Below the pieces are notes generated by a model, which saw only the letters and a list, made by a program, of their open reading frames with translations, did no database searches and was not told the DNA's origin. The position numbers and the translations under genes are program-made. From NCBI GenBank assembly GCA_036229005.1, contig JAZAMN010000043.1, positions 1 through 64,000 on the forward strand: a DNA stretch of 64,000 nucleotides, given 5' to 3'. The DNA is from Myxococcota bacterium (GTDB lineage: Bacteria; Myxococcota_A; UBA796; CAJQPC01). This document shows, in pieces, positions 56,802-64,000 of this stretch; within the stretch, counting starts at the first letter, position 1, and every line of letters starts with the position of its first letter.

Positions 56802-57912
56802 GACACGCCAAGGCAGCGACAATCGCCAGCGAGGACATGCTGGCGCTGAACGCAAAGAGCCAGTGGGTGTCCGCGCCACTGTCCACGATCAGCGAGCCAC
56901 CCAGGTTGCCCAGGCCCGACCCCACGCCACCCACCGCGGCCGAGAGCAGGCCCAGGCCGCTGGTGCGCAGGTCCTTGGGAGCGCGCTCCTGGACCAGCGA
57001 CACGCCCGCCACCCAGAAGGCCCCGAAGGTGATGCCGTGGACCGCCTGCAGCGCGATGGTCAGGGGCAGGCTGTCCGTCCACGCGCTGAGCACCCACCGG
57101 GGCAGCGCCAGCAACATGGCGCCCAGCAGCAGGCGATGGGAGCCGAAGCGGGCCAGCAGGCGGGGGCCCAGGGCCAGCACGCCGACCTCCACGCCAACAC
57201 CCAGGATCACCGCCACCCCCACCCACAGGCTGTCATGGCCCTGCGCGTCGATGTGCACCGAGAAGAAGGAGTCGTAGACCGCGTGCCCCGCGAAGTGCAG
57301 GCCCGAGGCCAGCAGCAGCAGCAGGAAACCGGGATCCCGGCCCAGGGAGAGCAGCGCCGGCAGCAGGCGGCGGCGGGGACCTGTGGGGGCGGCTGCCTTG
57401 GGCATGCTCGCGGCGACCACCAGCATGCCGAGGCCGGCCGCGCTGCCCAGCCACAGGGGGGAGAGGCCCTTGTCGCGGCCCCAGCCGGCCCCGAAGGCGG
57501 CGATCAGGAAGCCCACCGAGCCCCAGAGGCGCACCCGGCCGTAGTCGTCGGCGCGATCCTTGAGGGCGGTCAGCGTGAGGCCGTCCACCAGCGGGCCGGA
57601 GCCCGTGCGGCCGATGCCCAGGGCGAGCACCCCCAGCAGGGCGAGCGCCGGCGGCAGGCCCAGCAGCGCCAGGCAGCCCCCCAGCGCCATCCCGGCGGCC
57701 AACATCACCACCCAGGTGGCGCCGTTGACCCGGTCCGAGAGCAGCCCCCAGGCCGGGCCCAGCAGCAGCCGCAGCGCCGGGGTGGCCGTCATCGCGACGG
57801 TCAGCGCCAGCCCCGAGACCTGGCGGTCCTGGAGCTCCAGGGCCAGATAGGGGAAGACCGCCCCCAGCATCGCCAGGGAGAGGCCTTGCAGTATCGCGAG
57901 GCGGGTGAGCAT
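56761..57912 (-). CDS. MFS transporter (HcaT/nucleoside:H+ symporter-like)
   Basis: PAWGLLSDR, DYGRVRLWGSVGF, LQAVHGITFG; about 12 TM helices. Confidence 0.9.
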   Translation of the reverse strand: MLTRLAILQGLSLAMLGAVFPYLALELQDRQVSGLALTVAMTATPALRLLLGPAWGLLSDRVNGATWVVMLAAGMALGGCLALLGLPPALALLGVLALGIGRTGSGPLVDGLTLTALKDRADDYGRVRLWGSVGFLIAAFGAGWGRDKGLSPLWLGSAAGLGMLVVAASMPKAAAPTGPRRRLLPALLSLGRDPGFLLLLLASGLHFAGHAVYDSFFSVHIDAQGHDSLWVGVAVILGVGVEVGVLALGPRLLARFGSHRLLLGAMLLALPRWVLSAWTDSLPLTIALQAVHGITFGAFWVAGVSLVQERAPKDLRTSGLGLLSAAVGGVGSGLGNLGGSLIVDSGADTHWLFAFSASMSSLAIVAALACLRALRAPAVRAQV

Positions 57913-58028
57913 TGGCGGCGGCGTCTAACGCAGCCGCGCGGCAGAGCCCGTGTCAGCTCTGCGCCGCATCGGAGCCCAGCGGGGATCGCAGCGGGGTTCC
58001 AGCGGCGCCGCTGGCCCTTTGTGGGGCG

Positions 58029-59564
58029 TCAGTCCTGGGGGGGGCGCAGCGCCACGACAGAGGTGCCGGTCACCACAAAGTCACCCTGCTGCACCGGCGC
58101 GATGGGGTCCACGCGGCGCAGGGGCGTGCCTTCGCTGTAGATGTAGGTCGGGCAGCGCTCGTGGAGGCTGCGCAGGGTGGCGTTGCCCTGGGGGCCCACC
58201 TCGACCGCGGCCTGGCGGCGTCCGGCCAGAGCGCGGTCCAGGGTGAAGCCGCCCTGGCGGGCGCGGGCTGCGCGGGAGCCGGAGCACCAGCGGATGTTGT
58301 CCTGGCCGCGGCGGTCGGGGAGCGCCAGGCCGGGGTGGTTGGGCTCGCGGCCCAGCTCGGTGACCTGGCCGATGCCCACGCCCATGCGCAGGGGAGAGTC
58401 GGAGACCATCAGGCCGGCGTAGGGGCCGTTCTCCAGGCGGTAGAAGGTCACCCGCCCCGAGGGGGTCATGATGGTCGCGCCGTGCTGCAGGGCCACCGAG
58501 GCGCCCGGGGGCAGGGAGCGGCCGTCCACCGCGATGCCGTGCTGCAGCGGGCCCATGCGCACGCCGTCGCGGGACACGTCCACGCGCAGGACAGCCCGGT
58601 CGGAGCGGTTCACCCAGCGGCCGTCAGGCAGCAGGTCGTAGGTGTAGCCGGCGACCACCTCGGCCATGGGGACCGCGGGGAGCGCCAGCCCGGACATGAC
58701 CAGGTCGAGCTCGGAGCTCTGGCCCATGTCCAGGATGATCGTGTTGCTGCCGCTGGGCTTGGTGACCGCGGCGCGGACCTCCGCGATGGCGCTGGCCAGC
58801 GCGTCGGGGGTGCCCATCACCAGCCCGTGTCCGGCCTCTTGCCAGGCGAAGCGGTCGGCCGGCGCGATGTGGTAGGCGCTGAGGAAGAGGCGGTTGGGAT
58901 CCAGCACAGGCAGGGAGTCCACCGCCCGGGACAGGGCCTCGCTTCCGGGCCGGAAGCCCTCCAGCAGCACGATGGGATCGGGGGGCAGCGAGGGTTGTGG
59001 ATCGCCCTTCTGGATGCGCACCAGGGTGTTGCCCTTGACCGCGCTGATGACCTGCTGGGGGAGCCAGCAGCGGGTGCGGCCCACGGCGCGGTAGCAGGCG
59101 GTGGAGCCCACCAGGCCCTTGAGCGTGAACACGCCCACGGACTCGAAGGGCAGCTCCGACTGGTTCATGCAGATCCGGGTGGACTCGCTGAACCAGAACT
59201 CCCCGGCGGGGGTCTTGGAGTTGATCCGCGCGGCCAGGTTCACCGCGTCGCCGAAGGCGTCGCCGTCGATCTCCTCGACGTCACCGGTGGCGCAGGAGAC
59301 GCGGATGATCAGGGTGCCGGTGCTGGCGACCTTCTCCACCACGTCCAGGCCGGCGCGGGCAGCGTCCGTCGCCGAGTCGAACAGCGCCATGTAGGCGTCG
59401 CCCAGGCTCTTGACGATGCGGCCGCCGCGGCGGGTCAGGATGGGATGAACGAACTTCTCGTGCGCCGCCAGCAGGTTTCGGAGCTCCTGCCGGTCCGCGC
59501 GCGAGACGGTCGCCGTGTAGTTCGCCATGTCCGTGAACAGGACGGTCCGGGTCCGGGTCGCCAC
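58029..59564 (-). CDS. Class III adenylate/guanylate cyclase with C-terminal FHA-like domains
   Basis: VLFTDMANYT, IVKSLGDA, GDAFGDAVNLAARI, LKG; ELGREP and beta-sandwich tails; GTG start with GGAGG RBS. Confidence 0.87.
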   Translation of the reverse strand: MATRTRTVLFTDMANYTATVSRADRQELRNLLAAHEKFVHPILTRRGGRIVKSLGDAYMALFDSATDAARAGLDVVEKVASTGTLIIRVSCATGDVEEIDGDAFGDAVNLAARINSKTPAGEFWFSESTRICMNQSELPFESVGVFTLKGLVGSTACYRAVGRTRCWLPQQVISAVKGNTLVRIQKGDPQPSLPPDPIVLLEGFRPGSEALSRAVDSLPVLDPNRLFLSAYHIAPADRFAWQEAGHGLVMGTPDALASAIAEVRAAVTKPSGSNTIILDMGQSSELDLVMSGLALPAVPMAEVVAGYTYDLLPDGRWVNRSDRAVLRVDVSRDGVRMGPLQHGIAVDGRSLPPGASVALQHGATIMTPSGRVTFYRLENGPYAGLMVSDSPLRMGVGIGQVTELGREPNHPGLALPDRRGQDNIRWCSGSRAARARQGGFTLDRALAGRRQAAVEVGPQGNATLRSLHERCPTYIYSEGTPLRRVDPIAPVQQGDFVVTGTSVVALRPPQD

Positions 59565-59654
59565 CTGGCGCCTCCACGCTGCGGGCAACTCTACCAGAGG
59601 TGGACCCTGCGCGTCCCGGTTGCCGGGTTAAGGGCGGCCGCCTCCGGAGGCCCC

Positions 59655-61289
59655 ATGACCACCCGCTGTCGCTTCGCTCCCTCGCCCACTGGCCGGCTCC
59701 ACGTGGGCGGCGCCCGCACCGCGCTGTTCAACTACCTGTTCGCCCGCGCGACGGACGGAAAGTTCGTCCTGCGCATCGAGGACACCGACCGCGCGCGCTC
59801 CAGCCTGGAGTCCGAGCGCGGCATCCAGGACGACCTGCGCTGGCTGGGCATCGACTGGGACGAGGGCCCCGAGATCGGCGGCCCCGGCGCCCCCTACCGC
59901 CAGAGCGAGCGCCTGGAGATCTACGAGCAGCACCTCCAGCGGCTGGTCGATGAGGGCAAGGCCTACTGGGCCTACGAGACCCCCGATGAGCTGGGGGTGC
60001 TCCGCAAGGCCGCGGAGGCCGCGAAGACCTCCTTCCGCTACCGCAAGCCCGACTACAGCGCCGAGCAGCTCGCCCGCTTCGAGGCCGAGGGCCGCGAGCC
60101 CGTGCTGCGCTTCCACACCCCCCCGGGCCGCGAGGTCGCCATCCACGACCAGATCCTGGGCGAGGTCATCGTGGGCCCCGGCGACCTGGACGACTTCGTG
60201 ATCCGGAAGGCCGACGGCTTCCCCACCTACCACTTCGCCGTGGTGGTGGACGACCACTACATGCAGGTCACCCACGTGCTCCGCGCCCAGGAGCACCTGA
60301 TGAACACCGCGCGCCACATCCTGCTCTACGAGGCCTTTGGCTGGGAGCTGCCCGAGCACGCGCACATGCCCCTGATCTTCTCCCTCAGCGGCGGCAAGAT
60401 GTCCAAGCGGGACAAGGCCAAGGCGGCGCGCGAGTCCGCTCGCACGGCAGGCTGGAAGGCCGAGACCCTGGCCAGCGAGCTGGGCCTGGACGCCGCCACC
60501 GCGACCGCGTTCATGAAGAAGAAGAACTCGGACGTGGAGATCGCCATCGCCATCGCCGAGAAGCTGGGCACCGAGCTCCCCGAGATCGACGTCGAGGACT
60601 TCCGCGTCAGCGGCTACCTGCCGGAGGCCTTGCGCAACTACCTGGCCCTTCTGGGCTGGAGCAACGGCGATGACCGCGAGATCTGGAGCCTGCCCGAGCT
60701 CGAGGCCGCCTTCGACGTCAAGCGCATCGGCACCGCCGCCGCCCGCTTCGACCGGGAGAAGCTGCGCTGGATGAACGGCCAGTACGTGCGCGCCTCCAGC
60801 GTCGAGCGCCTGGTCGAGGCCTGCGCCGACTACCTGGCCCGCAACCCCGACGGCGTCCTGGCAGCCCTGGGCGACAAGCTCCCCGCCGTGCTGGGGCTCT
60901 ACCACGAGCGCTTCTCCACCTTCGCCGAGTTGGAGGACAGCGTGCGCTGGATCCTGGAGGCGCCCACCACCTACGGGCCCGCCAAGGCCATCAAGAAGCA
61001 CGTGGTCAAGGGCGACGGTCAGGAGCGCCTGGCCGCCTGTGTCGACATCGTCGCGGGCATCACGGACTGGACCCCCGCGGGGATCGAGGCCGGCCTCCAG
61101 GCCGCCGCGGACGCTCACTATGAGGGTCGGGTAGGGAAGCTGGCTCAGCCCCTGCGCGTGGCCATGACGGGCACCCCCGTCAGCCCTGGTATCGGAGACA
61201 CCCTCGCGATCCTGGACCCCAGCGAGGTCACCCGCCGCGTGCAGGCGGCCGTGGCCTGGTTCGCTGAGAACCACCCCGCCCAGGGCTGA
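59655..61289 (+). CDS. gltX: Glutamate--tRNA ligase
   Basis: RFAPSPTG, HVGG, LRIEDTD, VVDDH, KMSKR, anticodon domain PLRVAMTG. Confidence 0.96.
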   Translation: MTTRCRFAPSPTGRLHVGGARTALFNYLFARATDGKFVLRIEDTDRARSSLESERGIQDDLRWLGIDWDEGPEIGGPGAPYRQSERLEIYEQHLQRLVDEGKAYWAYETPDELGVLRKAAEAAKTSFRYRKPDYSAEQLARFEAEGREPVLRFHTPPGREVAIHDQILGEVIVGPGDLDDFVIRKADGFPTYHFAVVVDDHYMQVTHVLRAQEHLMNTARHILLYEAFGWELPEHAHMPLIFSLSGGKMSKRDKAKAARESARTAGWKAETLASELGLDAATATAFMKKKNSDVEIAIAIAEKLGTELPEIDVEDFRVSGYLPEALRNYLALLGWSNGDDREIWSLPELEAAFDVKRIGTAAARFDREKLRWMNGQYVRASSVERLVEACADYLARNPDGVLAALGDKLPAVLGLYHERFSTFAELEDSVRWILEAPTTYGPAKAIKKHVVKGDGQERLAACVDIVAGITDWTPAGIEAGLQAAADAHYEGRVGKLAQPLRVAMTGTPVSPGIGDTLAILDPSEVTRRVQAAVAWFAENHPAQG

Positions 61290-61292
61290 GCG

Positions 61293-62027
61293 GTGTCCAG
61301 ACCCCTGCGCGTCCACTTTGTCCACGGCCTGGAGTCCGGCCCCACCAGCGGGAAGGTCTCCGGCATGAAGGACCTGGGCCTGGAGGTCAGCGCGCCGGAC
61401 ATGCACATGTCCATCTGGCGCATGGACAAGCGCAACTCCATGGTCCGGAACCTGCTGCGCATGTGGCAGCCCTGGACCGCTGCGCTGATGCTGCTGGGCG
61501 CCCTGCCCATGGCCATCTGGGGCAACCCCTGGTCCGCCGGGGCGATGTTCCTGGGGGCCATCCTGTGGGGCCGCCTGCGCAACAAGGCCTGGGTCGCCCA
61601 GGCTCTGGACCGCAGCAGGAGCGCCTGCGTGGAGATCCAGAAGTCGGTGTTGAAGCAGGCGTCTCCCGACGTGGTGGTCGGCAGCTCATGGGGCGGCGCG
61701 GTGCTCATCGAGCTGGTGCTCCAGGGCGCCTGGGAGGGCCCCGTGCTGCTCATGGCGCCCGCGCTGGAGCGCGTCGAGGGCCGCATCAACCCCGCCGCCG
61801 CCGCCAAGAAGCGCGCGCGCCTGCACCAGCACCCGCACCCCATCCGCATCCTCCACGCCCCCGAGGACGAGGTCGTGCCCTACGCCGACTCCGAGCTGCT
61901 GGCCCACGGCGACATCGTGCTCACGCCGGTGCCCGGGGATGACCACCGGCTGCTGGGGACCCTGCAGTCCGGGGTGCTGATCCGGGAGCTGGAGGCGCTT
62001 GCCGGGCGGGAGCACGGGGCGGGCTGA
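61293..62027 (+). CDS. YqiA-like alpha/beta hydrolase with inserted hydrophobic hairpin
   Basis: FVHGLES, VGSSWGG, DEVVP, DDHRL. Confidence 0.82.
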   Translation: MSRPLRVHFVHGLESGPTSGKVSGMKDLGLEVSAPDMHMSIWRMDKRNSMVRNLLRMWQPWTAALMLLGALPMAIWGNPWSAGAMFLGAILWGRLRNKAWVAQALDRSRSACVEIQKSVLKQASPDVVVGSSWGGAVLIELVLQGAWEGPVLLMAPALERVEGRINPAAAAKKRARLHQHPHPIRILHAPEDEVVPYADSELLAHGDIVLTPVPGDDHRLLGTLQSGVLIRELEALAGREHGAG

Positions 62028-62066
62028 ACAGGCCCAGCCGCACCTCGCTGATGGGAGGGGTGTAGA

Positions 62067-63074
62067 TCAGGTGTTACGGGCCACGTGTGTGTCGAGGTGT
62101 ACCGGCCGACCGGAGGGCGCCATCCAGTCCACTTGGGGCCCCGTAGGCACGATGCGGTGGGGGTTGATGGTGTTGTGGCTGTAGTGGTAGTGCCGCGAGA
62201 TGTGCCAGAAGTCGGTGGTCTCGGCGACGCCGGGGATCTGGTAGAGGGCGCGGGTGTAGGCCCACAGGCGGGGCAGGTCGACGATGCGCTTGCGGTTGCA
62301 CTTGAAGTGGCCGTGGTAGACCAGATCGAAGCGCGCCAGGGTGGTGAACAGGCGCCAGTCGGCCTCGGTGAGCAGCTCGCCGGCCACGAAGGGGTGCCGC
62401 TCCAGGCGGGCCTCCAGCCACTCCAGGGTGTCGAAGAGGGGGCCGACGTTCTCGTCGTAGGCCTGCTGGGTGGTGGCGAAGCCGCACTTGTAGACGCCGT
62501 TGTTGAGGGTGTCGTAGACGCGCTCGTTGACGGCGTCGATCTCGCTGCGCAGGGACGCGGGGTTGAAGTCCAGGGGGCTGTCCACGATGCCCTGGAAGGC
62601 GCCGTTGAACATGCGGATGATCTCGCTGGACTCGTTGGAGACGATGCGGCCCTGCTGCTTGTCCCAGAGCACGGGGACGGTCACGCGGCTGCTTATCCCC
62701 GGATCCTGGCGGGTGTAGAGCTGGTGCATGAAGTCCAGGCCAAAGAGGGGGTCGCCCACCTCGGCGCGGCCCTGGGGATCGAAGGTCCAGCCCTGGTCCA
62801 GCATGTCGGGGTGCACGATCGAGACGTCGATGTGCGGCTCCAGGCCCTTGAGCTTGCGGAAGATCAAGGTGCGGTGGGCCCAGGGGCAGGCCAGGCTGAC
62901 GTACAGGTGGTAGCGGCCGCTCTCGGCCTTGAAGCCGCCCTCGCCGCTGGGGCCGGGGCTGCCGTCGGCGGTCACCCAGCTCCGGAACTGGGCCATCTGC
63001 CGCTGAAAGTGGCCACCGGTGCTCTTGGTGTCGTACCAGCGGTCGCGCCACTTGCCGTCAACGAGCAGTCCCAT
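62067..63074 (-). CDS. yqjG: Glutathionyl-hydroquinone reductase (GST omega/Xi class)
   Basis: MGLLVDGKW, YVSLACPWAHR, VTVPVLWDK, SNESSEI, NNGVYKCGFA, HFKCN. Confidence 0.95.
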   Translation of the reverse strand: MGLLVDGKWRDRWYDTKSTGGHFQRQMAQFRSWVTADGSPGPSGEGGFKAESGRYHLYVSLACPWAHRTLIFRKLKGLEPHIDVSIVHPDMLDQGWTFDPQGRAEVGDPLFGLDFMHQLYTRQDPGISSRVTVPVLWDKQQGRIVSNESSEIIRMFNGAFQGIVDSPLDFNPASLRSEIDAVNERVYDTLNNGVYKCGFATTQQAYDENVGPLFDTLEWLEARLERHPFVAGELLTEADWRLFTTLARFDLVYHGHFKCNRKRIVDLPRLWAYTRALYQIPGVAETTDFWHISRHYHYSHNTINPHRIVPTGPQVDWMAPSGRPVHLDTHVARNT

Positions 63075-63171
63075 CGTGTTCTCCTGGTCTGGGCCCCAGG
63101 GGTAGCCGAGCGACCAGGGGTGGGACAACCATTCGCGGGGGAAGAGACTGTCCCAGAATCTGGACTCTTGC

Positions 63172-63999
63172 TCAGTGGCGCACCTGGAAGAGCACCTGGG
63201 GCTCGAAGCCGCGCATCTCCAGGCCGGTCTGGCGCTCCAGCTTCCCAGGGTCCGCCAGGTCGTCCTGGTCGGCGGTGGCCAAGAGGTCGGCGTCCATGTC
63301 GGGCATGAAGCGGGCGGCCTGGGTGAGCAGCGGGACGGGAACGGGCACGCGCAGGCGGTGGGTGCCCAGGTGGTGGCCGATGCGCTGGACGATGCGGTGG
63401 AAGGGCAGGGCCTCGGCGCCGCCGGCGTCAAAGGCGCGGTCGGGCAGGCCTTGGTCCAGCAGGGCCAGGATGGCGCCGCCGAAGTCGTCCACGTGGATGG
63501 GCTGTCGCATGGCCCGACCCCAGCCCACCAGGGGCACGACGGGCGAGCGCTTCACGAGATCGGCCAGGGTGTGGAAGGACTCGCGGTGTCCGGGCTGGTG
63601 GTCGCCCAGGCGGGGCCCGTAGGGCGCGGAGGGCCGCAGAGTGGCCCAGGGGAGGCCGGAGGCTGCCAGCCTGTCCTCGTCTTCACGGCGCTGCGCTGCG
63701 TAGCCCGAGAGGCCCTGCCAGTGGACGCAGGTGGAGGACGCATAGACCGTGGGGACCGCCACCTCCAGGACCCGATCCATCATGGCCCGGTCCAGGTCCA
63801 TCGCTGGGGTTCGGCCGCGACCGTCGCCGGTGCCCATGACCTTGCAGGCCAGGTGGATGATCGCGTCGGGCTCGGGCAGGGAGGCGAGGTGCTTGGCGGC
63901 CTGCGGGCTGCCCAGGTCCACCGCCTGGGATCGCACCCCAGTCACATTCAGCGGGGTCTTGTGGTGCAAGGCGAGGACATCGTGGCCCGCGTCCCGCGC
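63172..63999 (-). CDS. NAD(P)-dependent epimerase/dehydratase (atypical SDR), 5' end outside the window
   Basis: GHDVLAL, IIHLA, VYASS, LRPSAPYGP, QPIHVDD. Confidence 0.85.
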   Translation of the reverse strand, partial: ARDAGHDVLALHHKTPLNVTGVRSQAVDLGSPQAAKHLASLPEPDAIIHLACKVMGTGDGRGRTPAMDLDRAMMDRVLEVAVPTVYASSTCVHWQGLSGYAAQRREDEDRLAASGLPWATLRPSAPYGPRLGDHQPGHRESFHTLADLVKRSPVVPLVGWGRAMRQPIHVDDFGGAILALLDQGLPDRAFDAGGAEALPFHRIVQRIGHHLGTHRLRVPVPVPLLTQAARFMPDMDADLLATADQDDLADPGKLERQTGLEMRGFEPQVLFQVRH

Positions 64000-64000
64000 C

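Noticed and set aside
1641..61406. Very long antisense or alternate-frame ORFs (e.g. 1641..3833, 6895..10182, 23016..25970, 44799..47645, 59628..61406)
   Set aside because: They shadow genes with clear motifs, carry no recognisable motifs themselves, and are expected from stop-codon scarcity in high-GC DNA.
63121..63155. TGGGACA-N21-TGTCCCA inverted repeat upstream of yqjG
   Set aside because: A single 7-bp pair with a long spacer could be chance; no regulator can be assigned.

Overview
Very GC-rich bacterial chromosomal segment, most likely Myxococcota (MYXO-CTERM sorting tail, numerous Cys-rich and acidic-repeat lipoproteins). About 56 densely packed genes: housekeeping (mitochondrial-type aconitase, htpX, hemH, hemF, rlmD, gltX, yqjG, HelD-like helicase), many exported hydrolases, transporters (TRAP, MATE, MFS) and regulators (ECF42-type sigma plus YCII partner, HDOD, PAS-AAA+ activator, XRE-cupin, class III cyclase). 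I found no rRNA, tRNA, transposase, integrase or CRISPR array. The unusual signals are: (1) four intergenic elements with one shared architecture, in which two inward-facing arms of 3-5 bipartite boxes at an exact 31-bp period flank a 35-106 bp core, yet the box sequences differ between loci; (2) a 660-bp mosaic of two hairpin modules; (3) twelve lipoproteins with 8-11 residue signal peptides lacking K/R; (4) a TA-initiated -10-like hexamer 5-7 nt before many start codons, suggesting widespread leaderless transcription. Functional calls come from motif recognition by eye; no searches were run.
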